Shown: positions 46,808 through 58,426 of the stretch, piece after piece
Layout of the letters: each line of letters begins with the position of its first letter
How positions within the stretch are numbered: position 1 is the first letter of the stretch
Source: Ascoidea asiatica JCM 7603
Lineage: Eukaryota; Fungi; Ascomycota
Length of the DNA stretch: 64,000 bases
NCBI GenBank assembly: GCA_001600695.1
Contig: BCKQ01000001.1
Span: 1,116,732-1,180,731 of the forward strand
Reading direction: 5' to 3'
Made by a program: the position numbers and the translations under genes
The notes under the pieces: model-generated
What the model was told of the DNA's origin: nothing
Database searches by the model: none
The model's input: the letters and a program-made list of their open reading frames with translations, nothing else

Positions 46808-49021
46808 TCAAGATCTTTTGACTTTACCCTTGACTTTTTTATGAATTGCATTCACAAGATTTCTTGCTTTCTCAACCTCTTTTTCATCGACAATTCCAGC
46901 TTTTGAATCTTTTCTAGATAATTGTTTAGGATCAAAATCTGATACAAGTGGGGTCTCGACTTCAATCAAATGATGTAACATATCATTATTTTCTTCATTT
47001 TCTCCTAAATTTCTTCCTCCACTACCTTTTGCCAAAACATTCACATCAACAACTAGTTTGTTATTGAAAATATCACTCGTGTTAGTGTTAAAAGTATTTC
47101 CTAAATTGTTTAATTGTCTACAATTATAGGATAGATTGGGGTACATGTCATATCGAACGGTTACCTTTCTTCTCTGAAAATTTGTATCATTGAACTTTTC
47201 AATCAATCTTTTTGCGTCTTCTTCACTTGCAACATCAATTATAGCAAATCCTCTACTGGCACCATTGGCATATGGTATTTCAATGCTGAAATGCTCAAAT
47301 CCTTCATTTTCAAGTAAGATTTTGAGTTCATTACTTTTTGTAGTGTATGGTATATTACCAAAAAAGATTTGTTTGGGATTGTATCTGTTTTCACTGAAAA
47401 TTGAGTCATAATACTCAGAAACATTTCTATTATAATTCTTTTTAGAATTACTATTATTGATAGAGGTGCTATTGTTACTTTTGTTATTATTATTCTTGGT
47501 ATTAATACTCCCACCACTGCTGATTGCATTACTAATACTATTATTTTTATCATTATTCATATCTATATTTATTATATCTTCGAAATTTGAAGGTGAGTAT
47601 TGCAAATTTTTTTTGTTAGTATTCGCCTTTGAATTACCAATGTCTGTTAAAGGTTTATTAGCATTGGAATTTAAATCAAACGACTTATTAGGAATAAAAG
47701 AAGAGTAACTATTATCCTCTGTTTGATTTGAGAAATTTGGTAATGGATACTGACTATTATAAGGCCTAAGGAATTGATTATGATATTGATTATTAGAGAA
47801 TTGATTTAAATGCTGGTTGGAAAATTGATTTTGAAAAGATGCTGAAAAATTTCCACCAAACTGATTGGAAAACTGATTGGAAAACTGATTGGAAAACTGA
47901 TTAGGAAATTGATGAGGCATCTGGTGAGGAAATTGATTTGGATAATTATTAGAAAATTGAGTGTATGGAATTGGCATTGGAATTTGTTTATTTAGAGGCT
48001 GAATGGGTATATTCGAGTTGATATTTGAACCTGGAGATTGAGTTTGATTTGGATTATGATAGAAAGGTACTTGAAATGGTGGAATCAATAGGTTTATATA
48101 TGAACTCATAGGAATTTGATGTGGGTTTTGTGGCACAAAAAATCCAGAAACAGGTTGATGACTTAAGTTTTGATTATGTTGATGAGCTTGGGATGGAAGC
48201 AAATTTTTCGAATTATTTGAAGAATCTTTGAACTGCTTATTATTTGAATTATAATCTGGTACAATTGGCAAACTTACTGGAATATTCAGATGATCTTTTT
48301 TATTTTCATTAGAATTTTTACTGGGTAAAGAATCATTTTTCTCTTTTTCTTTTCCACCACTGATCTTTTTATCAAAATTCAGCTTTTTTTCTTTAATTTG
48401 ATCTTTCAATGTCATAGTCGAAAAAGAGTTTGAAATTTCATTAATGGTTTCTCTATTTTTACTATTCTTAAGGTTTTGCTTTGAATCTTTAATGGAGTTT
48501 ATTGGTTTAAAAGGAAGCGATGATGGATAATGATTATGAGACAGATAATTAATATTTTGAAAAGAGCGAGATTTGTTTATAATATTTGTATTTGCTTTCT
48601 CATTCATCTTCATATTAATATTAGAATTGAGCTTTGAACTGGTATTTAAATTGAAATTAGGATTGAGATTGAAATTGGGATTGAAGTTTGAATTGATGTT
48701 TATATTAGAATTTGATTTGAAGTTATTGTTGGGGTTCCAAAAATATAATCTAATGGTATTTCCATTGAATTTGGTATTATTCAATGAATTAATACATTTC
48801 AAGGCAGAACTATAATCACTGATATTAATAATACAATGATTTCTCAGTTGGTCTAAATTAATATATCCCAAATATTTTTTATTGATAATTGAAATTAAGA
48901 GCTCTTGAATAGTTTTCCAAGTTGTATCCTTGGGTAAATTATCAATCTTAATGGAATATAAGATATTAATGGATTCATTATTTGAAATTTGTTTTATATT
49001 TGATTGATTGGATGCTGACAT
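46808..49021 (-). CDS. RNA-binding protein with two RRMs separated by a long Q/N/F/P-rich region
   Basis: RRM1 IKIDNLPKDTTWK...CINSLNNTKFNGNTIRL; RRM2 QIFFGNIPY...SRGFAII...FNDTNFQRRKVTVRYD. Confidence 0.82.
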   Translation of the reverse strand: MSASNQSNIKQISNNESINILYSIKIDNLPKDTTWKTIQELLISIINKKYLGYINLDQLRNHCIINISDYSSALKCINSLNNTKFNGNTIRLYFWNPNNNFKSNSNININSNFNPNFNLNPNFNLNTSSKLNSNINMKMNEKANTNIINKSRSFQNINYLSHNHYPSSLPFKPINSIKDSKQNLKNSKNRETINEISNSFSTMTLKDQIKEKKLNFDKKISGGKEKEKNDSLPSKNSNENKKDHLNIPVSLPIVPDYNSNNKQFKDSSNNSKNLLPSQAHQHNQNLSHQPVSGFFVPQNPHQIPMSSYINLLIPPFQVPFYHNPNQTQSPGSNINSNIPIQPLNKQIPMPIPYTQFSNNYPNQFPHQMPHQFPNQFSNQFSNQFSNQFGGNFSASFQNQFSNQHLNQFSNNQYHNQFLRPYNSQYPLPNFSNQTEDNSYSSFIPNKSFDLNSNANKPLTDIGNSKANTNKKNLQYSPSNFEDIINIDMNNDKNNSISNAISSGGSINTKNNNNKSNNSTSINNSNSKKNYNRNVSEYYDSIFSENRYNPKQIFFGNIPYTTKSNELKILLENEGFEHFSIEIPYANGASRGFAIIDVASEEDAKRLIEKFNDTNFQRRKVTVRYDMYPNLSYNCRQLNNLGNTFNTNTSDIFNNKLVVDVNVLAKGSGGRNLGENEENNDMLHHLIEVETPLVSDFDPKQLSRKDSKAGIVDEKEVEKARNLVNAIHKKVKGKVKRS
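47858..47905 (-). repeat. 12-bp coding tandem repeat encoding (xNQF)4
   Basis: aaactgattgga x3 plus aaactgattagg. Confidence 0.85.
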
Positions 49022-52000
49022 TATTGAATCAATGAAAATAATCTCACAATTTTCTTTTTTTGTGAAAGATTTAAACTATTAATAAAATAAAATTGACAAC
49101 TGTTTTATGAAGAATAATGAATTGACAGATATTAGAACTTAATAATGAAATTAAAAGAATGTGAAAGGGGTTATAATTGAAATTGAAATTGATATATGTT
49201 TCTTGTATTAAAAGGTAATTAGAAAAAAAAAGCTTTTTCAGACCAATTGATTTTAAAGTTAGTTGAAAGTAGTATATTTGTTGTTCAATTTACTAATAAA
49301 TTAATAAGATTTGATTGAGGCTAGATTATTACTAATTGAAAGATTTATTTGGTATATTTTTGATAGGTTGTAATTAATTTAGGATTAATGTATATGGTAA
49401 AAGGATAAAGGTCAACTATTTATGTGCTAATGATTAATAAATAAGTCAAATTGGCTGACATTTTCTATAAGTCAAGCTAAAACAAAAACAAAAACAAAAA
49501 CAAAACCAAAACCAAAAAATAATAATGAAAACAAAAGGAAAATTAATAATACTGAAGTTGAAATTGAAAATCAGAAAAAACTAAAATAAAATAAAATAAA
49601 GAAACCTGATGAACCAAAAAAAATGTAAAATGGAAAAGGGAAATATTTAAATAAAGGTTGAACTAAAAATTTTCGTAAGGTTAACGTTCAAATAGCTACA
49701 TATTGTACATATTGGCAGGTATAAAAGAAAAGGAAAAAACATAAGTGATTTTTATCAAAAAATGAACGAGAATATGAATATTTACTAATTATGTATTAAT
49801 TGAACTTTTTTTTCAAGTTGAACTTTAAAGAATTAAATAATAAACCAGATCCAGAATCAAGTTCAAATCCAGTATTACAAAAGGGTTTGCTTTACAACAT
49901 TAATTATGAACATAAGCATATTAAAAATTTATACCTTTTATTAATATTACTCTTACTAACTATTTCAATAATTATTATTATAAGTTTTTCTTTGGGTATT
50001 AGTAATAATATCACAAGTAATAAAATAATTAGTTTATATTTATAATGTTTAGACTGCACAGAAATACACTGAAATATAAACAAAAAGGTGCTAAAGGGAT
50101 TTTAAATATTCTTAGTTTATAAAATTTGAAAATGTTTAGTAAATTTTTCAGAAAAAACAAATTAATTTTACAATATGTAAGATCTCTACAATAAGAATAA
50201 TTTTTATAACTTTATGCTAAATTAATAATTTTCAAAACTAGTGGGCATCTAAAAAAGAAGTTAAATGAAACTTATATACAGATAAAATGTAACAAAATTT
50301 TAAATATTTTAGATATTTTAAATATTATAAATAAGGTGGTTTGAATTTTTGTCAAAATCGCTAATTTTAAAGCTTTAAACTATCAAAGCAGTTTACAATA
50401 ATTATTGATAACAAATCAGTTAAAAAATATTTATATCTAGAGTTGTCAAGTGTCTGCGTTTTTACATGTTGAATTCAGGAATATATTAGATATTACTGGT
50501 AGCAGCAGGAAGGGGAAAGCATCTTAATATAAAAAAGTATTCACGAGAGCGAGAGGAAAAAAGGTTTTATACAGTAAAAAATAATGAATAGCTAAGTTAG
50601 GTGAATCTATGTTAAGTTAAGTTTTTTGATAATGGTAAAGAAAGATAGTTTTTTTCTAACATATCTTACGAATCACCATTAAGTTATAAATATTTTTATA
50701 ATTCCAGATATTTTCTGTATAAAAGATGCCAGATTAATGACTTGAAAACTGAAATAATTGAGATAATTACTGAGTTGAGGTAACGTTAAACATAAAACAT
50801 ATAACATCTTTAGAAATAATATTACTCTATTGAAGAATTTTACATTGATATCAAGGGTGTTGAGCATGATTTTGATTTCATAGGGTTTATATAAATTTTT
50901 CAAATAGATTTATTGTAAAATCTTACTCTGTTTTTTAATATTTTTTTTTTCATAAGTTGCATTTGTAATCTTAAAAGGAATCACTGAATCAGAGACAAAA
51001 AATTAGTATTTGTATGTGAAGTGATTTCTTTGAAACAGTTTTAAATTGAATTATTTTTTAAAACAGATTAACAAAGAATTTTGATATTGATTTTAAGGTA
51101 CAAACGAAAGGACAAGAAAAAAAAGAAATTCACAATAAATTCAATCCTTGAAGAGAATATAAATATTATCCGAGAGAAAGGATAATCAAAGAATTATATT
51201 ATTTTGTGACTGCTTTTGCTGATTCTGGTGCTGTTTCAATATTTGATACCGATTCTGGCTGCGAGAAATCGTAAATTATGTAAAATATTACTTATTATTT
51301 AAAAAAAAATGATGAAAATCCTGATGATTCAAGATCGTTTTAATCAAAGGAATTTTAATTTAATATTCCAATGGTAATGAAGTTTGATGAAATCATTGAC
51401 AAGCTTCGCAAAAGCATATGTGGTAGAAACAGAGGAAATATTACTGATATTGCAATAAATTACATGCTTAGCTCAATTACAATTTATCTTAAACTTACGA
51501 AAATGAGTATCTATTTTTTATTGCAAATCAATTCTTTTATAGCGTCTCAAACCCGAGCCAAAAACCTCTGAAATCAAGTACCACTTTGATCCAACCAAAG
51601 ATTTGTCCAAGCGAACCATAATTTCAAACATTGAAAAAACCAAATTAACCGAAACTCTGAACTTGACCAATTGCAGCCAGGTCGATGCACTATACTGCAC
51701 TTCCCTTCTAACCAGGAATTCTAAAAGTAGTTTCCTGTTTTTCCGGGATTTATTTTTTCAAGAGTTTACGTTTAGTGTTCGAGTGTGCTGTAGGAATTTT
51801 TGATAAAGAGTAGTTACAATTTATTAACTTTCAACAAATAACTTTTCAAATGTAACTTTCAAATATGATGTTAGTTTAAGGTTTTTGGAATTATATTTTA
51901 GGATAACTGCTTATCAAGCAGCAAATGAAGCTGATTTGATTGACGGTCGATGCTGGAATCATTCAATCGTCGAATAGGAAGCGAAAAAAACAAAATAAAA

Positions 52001-52847
52001 GGGACTTTAACATTAAAAGGGCAAATGATTAAAAAGTTTGATATTCTTTCTCATTAATTTTTGTATCCATAACATTGATAAAAATAAAACAGTGGAAACA
52101 GTGATGATATAAACAGTAGTAGATATTTATTATGTCCGAGTAACAGAGAGTTGTGGTATTTGGATCCGTACATTTCAATTGAGATAAATTTGGATAAGCC
52201 AAGCTATTCGGAATTGGTCCGTTGAAACTTTATATTTATACACGCATAAAATTTAGCAACAGCCAAATACATGCATGCAGAAACCAGCACATAACCATCT
52301 CACTAGAAAAAAAAGTGCGTTTCGGAGAAAATTAGTTGTCACGCACTTATTCCAACCACCTAACTGCGCCACAATCTAATAGTCTTTTTCAAAATTGGAA
52401 ATTTTTGATCAGAATGTAATTATAGGTGACTTTCTGCAATAACTATTATTGGTAGCATAAGATCGTGTCCTAGCCTATAATTTTTCTTGTCCTGTTCAAA
52501 AATGGCCTACGGAAACTCGTGGCGGAGTTAAAAATGGTTTTTTAAAAAAAATGTTCATCACGTGCCGCTCACGCGTTATGAAGGAAAAATGCTTCGGTAA
52601 TTTTTATTACGTGTTGAGAAACTGAAGCTAAAGATACTGAGTGAACTTGAAGATAATGAAAATTGGAATGAAACTTGAATAACGAAAAAGTAAACAATTG
52701 AAGGCAGTGTGAAGCTACCGATTAGAATTTTTCTCGACAAAATATTACTAATAAACTAAATATTTTAAATATTTCAATTACTTTTAATTAAATTCAATTC
52801 TATTGAAATATTTTAATCAATTTTCTTTCAAAAGTATTAAATTGAAA

Positions 52848-53618
52848 ATGTCCGATTATTCAGCTCAAACTGTTGCTCAATTGAAAGAATTGTTGAAAGC
52901 TAAAAATCTTTCTACTGCTGGTGTTAAAAGTGAATTAGTTAAAAGACTTGTTGCTTATGATGAAAAGAATAATAATAAAAAAGTTAATAAAGAAGATAGT
53001 GTTCCAGTAAAAGATGATAAAGATTCTTCCACCAAAACCAGTACCAATGGCAATGATATCAAACAAGATATTGAAAATAATGTACCCGTATCTCATCCAG
53101 GGAAAGAATCTACATTAACTGTGATAATGCCAAAGCCTATTGAAAAAAATTCAAATGAGAAACCTGATGATAAAAAAGATGATGAAGAAGAAGAAATTCA
53201 AACAAAAGATGTTACTAAAACAATGACTCCAGATGAATTGAATAATGCTGCAATTGATTTATTAGTAAAGAAAATTTTAAGAGCCAAAAAATTCGATGAT
53301 AAAACTGCTTTAGATTTAGCTGAAAAAGATTTAATAAGAGTTAAAAAATTTGGTATTTTACCTGATTCTCCATTAGCAGTTGAGTTAAATTTAACAAATA
53401 ATTCAATCTCCTCAAGTTCTAATTTAAGGAATAATAATGATAATAATAATAGTAATAGTGGTAATAGTAGATTTAATTCAAGATTTAAAGGTGGAAAAAT
53501 TCATAAACCATTTAATAAAAACTTTAATCGTCGTGGTGGTGAAACTCCAAGAGGTCCAAGAAATGGTCCTAGTACTGCAAGAAGATCAAGATTCCAAAGT
53601 AAAAAGTTCAGGAGTTAA
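52848..53618 (+). CDS. THO1: SAP-domain nuclear RNA-binding protein Tho1
   Basis: MSDYSAQTVAQLKELLKAKNLSTAGVKSELVKRL (SAP); RAKKF...RVKKFG C-domain; Arg/Gly-rich tail. True ATG is at 52848. Confidence 0.88.
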   Translation: MSDYSAQTVAQLKELLKAKNLSTAGVKSELVKRLVAYDEKNNNKKVNKEDSVPVKDDKDSSTKTSTNGNDIKQDIENNVPVSHPGKESTLTVIMPKPIEKNSNEKPDDKKDDEEEEIQTKDVTKTMTPDELNNAAIDLLVKKILRAKKFDDKTALDLAEKDLIRVKKFGILPDSPLAVELNLTNNSISSSSNLRNNNDNNNSNSGNSRFNSRFKGGKIHKPFNKNFNRRGGETPRGPRNGPSTARRSRFQSKKFRS

Positions 53619-54057
53619 ATTATTTTATATTTTTATCATAATTTTTAAAAAGTTATAATGGAAAAGCAAGTATAAAAACAAAAAATACTGAAAAAAAAAG
53701 CCTTAGATCCAGAACTTATTTCATACTTTTATCTTTTATTTATATAGTAAGTAGAAGTAAGTAGCAAAAATATGTAAATTATGTAGATTATGTAAATTTA
53801 TATATAAATTATATACTGATTATATACATTATATACAATATATACAAATTGAATACAAATTGAATACAAATCATCTATAAGCCTCATATAAGTTATATTT
53901 TAGCTAGATATAATCCTAAATAACCTATTCGTTTTCTTTTTCATTCATATATTATAGTCATAATCAAATATTTTTAAATTATTGCAGTTATCAAGACCAT
54001 TAACATCCCCATTATCATTATACCTGTCATTATCATTATCATCATTGAAAAGATTCT

Positions 54058-54420
54058 TTAACTCTTCATTTCTTCAATTTTTATTTTTATTTCTTTTTTC
54101 AATTCAACATTATTAACTCTTTCATTTATAGAATTTTCGATAATTTTATCAATTTTTATATTATCTTTATCTTGATTTTTCATTATACTACTTTCTAAAA
54201 TTCCAGTTAAAGTAATTGGATCATTTTTCAATAGCAGTAAAGGATTTTCTTTAATTTTGTTATCTATAATCTCAGTTACAATTTTCTGCAATTCATTAAA
54301 TTCATTGCTACCTTGAAACTCTTCAATTATCTCTTTTTTCTTCTTATCAAATTCCCCAGTTCTTTTATATTGATAAATATAGTCTTTAGTTTGTTTATTG
54401 GTTCCTTCGTTACTATTCAT
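54058..54420 (-). CDS. SHG1: COMPASS subunit Shg1 (BOD1-like)
   Basis: Small protein with YKRTGEFDKKKKEI and IIDNKIKENPLLL, typical of Shg1/BOD1; ATG at 54420. Confidence 0.7.
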   Translation of the reverse strand: MNSNEGTNKQTKDYIYQYKRTGEFDKKKKEIIEEFQGSNEFNELQKIVTEIIDNKIKENPLLLLKNDPITLTGILESSIMKNQDKDNIKIDKIIENSINERVNNVELKKEIKIKIEEMKS

Positions 54421-54789
54421 CACAAGCGTTTCCTATTTTTCTTCTATTCTCCAGGATATGAAATAATTAAACTCTGGCAATGCAGTTTCTATTAAATACT
54501 GATACCAAATATTATCAATAAATATAAAACTTTATCGATATATTTATCTGTGATTTATTCTACTTTATTAATTCTTCTCCAAAATAAAACAAACATTAAG
54601 CGTTTTCCAGCGCCAAAAGCAAGCGGTCCTTTTACTGAAGATTTGAAAAGCGAGCTCCCTTTTATGTAATGTTAACGTTGCTCAGTATGAGATTTGTTTA
54701 TTTTGTATTTTATCTCATTTTATTCTAGCTTTATCTTTCGAGTGATAAAATCATTAAAAAATTTCTTTTAATTTAAAAGCCCAAAATAA

Positions 54790-54851
54790 AGCAATTCACT
54801 AGCAATTCACTAGCAATTCATTAGCAATTCATTAGCAATTCATTAGCAATT
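54790..54851 (+). repeat. 11-bp minisatellite (AGCAATTCAYT) x5.6
   Basis: AGCAATTCACT x2, AGCAATTCATT x3, then AGCAATT; ends 23 bp before the cullin ATG. Confidence 0.93.
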
Positions 54852-54874
54852 TAAAATAATTTGGAGTTTGAATT

Positions 54875-57800
54875 ATGGATAGCAATGAAATCTCCTTGGC
54901 TTCAAGGTTTCTTACTGATCTTCCTGTCAATTTAAATAACACTTCCTTATCAGAAATTGGTGCCACTGCTGCTAGTTTTTCAAGTTTTTTATCTCCAGAA
55001 CAAATGCAAATTCAAATGATTAAAACAAAATTCAGATCAAGAAGATCAAGTTCTCCTGAGAAAGCTGCAAATTTATCTTTATGTCTTGATGAATTAACGT
55101 CTTCTTTGAATTTGATACTTACTAGTGATGAATCTATTGACGACTTAAAATTAAATCATTCAATCAATCATCTTTATTCAAATGTTCAATATTTGGTAAT
55201 GAGTGGATATTCTTCAAGATTATATAAAATAATTGTATTAAAAATTGAAAATTATTTTGAATCATATTTCAATGATATTTTAAAACAAGAAATTGTGCAA
55301 AAATATAATTTTATTCAGAATCAGTATAAATCAGAAATAAATGATTTGAATAATATTTTAAGCCCTTCAATTATAAGTAGAAATTTAATGTTAGATTTGA
55401 ATTCAATATTAAGAATATTTATCAATGCTTATAATCTTTGGGTTAAGAAAATAAAATTGATTCGAATAATTTTCATATATCTTGATAGAGTACATTCTAA
55501 TCCATTAAGTAACATAGATTTTGCCAATTCTAATTTAAATTCAAAATCAAATTTTGATTTGAACTCCAATTTCAAAAAGACAATTATTGGTTTTGGTACC
55601 TATATATTTTTAAATTCTTGTTTTAGCAAAAATTCTTTAAAAAAAAATAATCAAGAAATAGAAGAAGATCAAAATAAAGATGAAAAGAAAATAAGTGAAG
55701 ATGGTCATAATCATGATTATAATAAGGCTGATAACGACACAGTTATGGAGGAAGACAATAATGAAAATAGTAATAAAGACAATGAGAAAAACAATGACAA
55801 TGCTAAAGACATTGTTAAAGACAATATCAAAGACGATAAAAATATTTCCATAGAAAATGACGACAAATTGGCTAATATACCATTTTGTTCTATCAATAGT
55901 CATCTTTTTTTCAATTTTGATAACGAGGTCGGAAAAATGATAATTCTTTGTTTATTTTATTCTTTAAGAATATCTAGGTCTTTCATTCTTTTTTCAAAAG
56001 AGGCTGCACAGAAAATGGAGCAAGATCCTAACCTTGCTTCTGCTTTAAAGATACTTTTCAATTCATCTTTATCTACTTTTAAAATTCTAAAAGAAATGGA
56101 TTCAAATACAGCTACTATTTCTGTTGATGAAATCTTTCAAAAAGAAACTTTAAAATTTTATTCATCATATCAACTAATACTTTTGAAAAACTATCCAATG
56201 ACTTTTATGAATAATTTCATACAAATATGTACTTTTGAATTGAATTTATTAAATTCATATATTTATGATTTTGCTTCTCCAAGAGAATTTTCAAATCAAT
56301 GTTATGAAAAAGAATCTTCAATTCTTTCTTCATTCAATAATCCAAATAATATCAAAAATAATACATTCATGAATAAAAATACTGTAATTCAACAAAATAA
56401 AAGAATTATTGTTGAATCTTTGCTTTTCCAAAACTTTGAGAAAACATTAGATTCAATATTACCTTATATGATAACAAAAGAGAACATAAATACTCAAAAC
56501 CTTGATCATTTATTCAAATTCTCTAGAAATGATCTTTCTAAAATTCCAACTTTAAGTCATGTTTTTTCTCAAATTATTGAAAAAAGTTTAAAGATCAAAA
56601 CATTATCATATTTAGAAAATCCTAATATTAATAATAACAGTAATGATAATCTAGTCGATTTTTTGTATACTCAAAAACTTCACTTTTATTCAATGATTTT
56701 TAAATCTTTCAATGATTCATTTCTTTTTATTAATGATGTTAACTCCACCTTTTCAAATTTACTAAAGTTAAAAATTGATCGTTCAATTTCATTAATTGTA
56801 AAATATTGTAATGATTTTTTTCAGAATTTATTCAAAACAAGAATTATTAAAAATCAAAATATAAATACTATGATTGTAAATGCAACTGATAATAATGAAA
56901 TAATTTATAATTTATTTGAAAAAATAAATTGGTTCTATCAAAGAATTGATAATAAAGACACCTTTGTAAGATATTATAAAAATTATCTATCAAAAAGAAT
57001 AATCAATTATTATGCAGAAAATGTTGAAAGAGATAGCAAAAATATTGATAAGATTATTGTTCTTGAAAGGAGATTTATTAAATTTTTTATTGATTCTAAT
57101 AAAGAAGAAGCTTCAATTCGTTTTAATAAATTTGTTGAAATGTTCAATGATTTAAGTAAATCAAAACAACTAAAGGAAAAATTTGAAGATAGTTTTATAG
57201 AACTGACCAATAATGAAATAGATTTTTCTCCTTTGATATTAACAACAAAAATTTGGGCAGATCCACCAAGTCTAATTGGAAAAATGAAATTACCTGAACC
57301 ATTAGATAAAATTTACAAAGAGTTCAATGCATTCTATAAATCTCAAACTAAAGAAAGGCGTTTAAATTGGTCTTTTTTTTATAATACTATTACAATTGAC
57401 GTTAAATTCTCAGAAGGGGAAAAACATGTCATTGCAAATATTCTTCCTGCTGCAATTTTGATTCTTTTTGAAAATTCGAATAAATTATCTTATAAAGAAA
57501 TATTGGAAAAGTTGGAGATTTCTGAAAAGCTAGAAAAAGATGAAAAAAAACTTAATAAACCCAATAGTTCTGAATTTGGTGAAAGTCATTATAAACAACC
57601 TGAAAATAAAGGACATCAAATGACAATTTTGGATTCTGTTAAATGCTCTTTATGCTCTTTAACATCTTCAAAGACACCTCTCTTATTAAAAAATAAAAAA
57701 TCGCCTTTTGTTTCCACAGATGATATATTTAAATTTAATTCAAAATATGAATGTAAAACTGATAAAATCAAAGTTTTAATAATGTCTTTAAAATCATATA

Positions 57801-58252
57801 ATAGTAAAGTTGAGAGTTATAAGGCATTAATGAAAAGACAAAAAGGTTTAAAAAAAAATTCTTCTAACTTTAATTCCAAAAACAATTCTTTTAAAAGTTC
57901 AGAGTCAACTACAAGCTCTAAAGCCAGTCAAGAAATCGATGACGAAATTATGACAATTGAAGATGAAGTGAGAGCAACTGAAGAAGATGAAGAGCTTAGA
58001 AGATATAGAAGTCATGGTGTCAATTATATGGCTAATGATAGATCATTAGAAACTGAAGCAACTATAGTTAGATTATTAAAGCAGGGAAAGGAAATTAATC
58101 ACTCTGAATTAATACTTGGAGTTATGAAAGAAGTAAGAAATAAAAATAGAAATGAATTAACTGTGAATGAAATTAAGGATGGAATTGATTCATTATTGAG
58201 CAAGAGTTATATTAAAAGAGTTGGTAATGATTCATATGTTTATGATCCATGA
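54875..58252 (+). CDS. Divergent cullin (Cul4/Rtt101-like)
   Basis: IRIIFIYLDR, KDTFVRYYKNYLSKRI, FNAFYKSQTKERRLNW, neddylation domain EATIVRLLK...IKDGIDSLLSKSYIKR...YVY. Confidence 0.88.
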   Translation: MDSNEISLASRFLTDLPVNLNNTSLSEIGATAASFSSFLSPEQMQIQMIKTKFRSRRSSSPEKAANLSLCLDELTSSLNLILTSDESIDDLKLNHSINHLYSNVQYLVMSGYSSRLYKIIVLKIENYFESYFNDILKQEIVQKYNFIQNQYKSEINDLNNILSPSIISRNLMLDLNSILRIFINAYNLWVKKIKLIRIIFIYLDRVHSNPLSNIDFANSNLNSKSNFDLNSNFKKTIIGFGTYIFLNSCFSKNSLKKNNQEIEEDQNKDEKKISEDGHNHDYNKADNDTVMEEDNNENSNKDNEKNNDNAKDIVKDNIKDDKNISIENDDKLANIPFCSINSHLFFNFDNEVGKMIILCLFYSLRISRSFILFSKEAAQKMEQDPNLASALKILFNSSLSTFKILKEMDSNTATISVDEIFQKETLKFYSSYQLILLKNYPMTFMNNFIQICTFELNLLNSYIYDFASPREFSNQCYEKESSILSSFNNPNNIKNNTFMNKNTVIQQNKRIIVESLLFQNFEKTLDSILPYMITKENINTQNLDHLFKFSRNDLSKIPTLSHVFSQIIEKSLKIKTLSYLENPNINNNSNDNLVDFLYTQKLHFYSMIFKSFNDSFLFINDVNSTFSNLLKLKIDRSISLIVKYCNDFFQNLFKTRIIKNQNINTMIVNATDNNEIIYNLFEKINWFYQRIDNKDTFVRYYKNYLSKRIINYYAENVERDSKNIDKIIVLERRFIKFFIDSNKEEASIRFNKFVEMFNDLSKSKQLKEKFEDSFIELTNNEIDFSPLILTTKIWADPPSLIGKMKLPEPLDKIYKEFNAFYKSQTKERRLNWSFFYNTITIDVKFSEGEKHVIANILPAAILILFENSNKLSYKEILEKLEISEKLEKDEKKLNKPNSSEFGESHYKQPENKGHQMTILDSVKCSLCSLTSSKTPLLLKNKKSPFVSTDDIFKFNSKYECKTDKIKVLIMSLKSYNSKVESYKALMKRQKGLKKNSSNFNSKNNSFKSSESTTSSKASQEIDDEIMTIEDEVRATEEDEELRRYRSHGVNYMANDRSLETEATIVRLLKQGKEINHSELILGVMKEVRNKNRNELTVNEIKDGIDSLLSKSYIKRVGNDSYVYDP

Positions 58253-58323
58253 ATAGTTTAATGATATATAGAAAATGTGTAATTGATTTAAACTCATAAT
58301 AATTTATTGAATATGAAATCTAT

Positions 58324-58386
58324 ATAAAAAAATAAAAAATAAAAAATAAAAAATAAAAAATAAAAAATAAAAAATAAAAAAAAAAA
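58324..58386. repeat. (TAAAAAA)n heptamer repeat in the convergent terminator region
   Basis: Repeated ataaaaa units between the cullin and JEM1 stop codons. Confidence 0.85.
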
Positions 58387-58426
58387 TGAGAAAAACTTGT
58401 ATGCTTTGAGTTAACTTTTATATGAA

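Noticed and set aside
49800-50045. 81-aa hydrophobic ORF containing TACTAAC
   Set aside because: TTG start, no convincing 5' splice site or upstream exon; hydrophobicity is expected from AT-rich DNA.
52101-52182. Possible C/D snoRNA (GTGATGA box C; GTTGTGGTATTT resembling an rRNA guide)
   Set aside because: No proper CTGA box D or terminal stem, and the putative guide is mismatched.
54790-54851. CRISPR-like or telomeric interpretation of tandem repeats
   Set aside because: Eukaryotic DNA, no spacers, internal location; these are simple mini/microsatellites.
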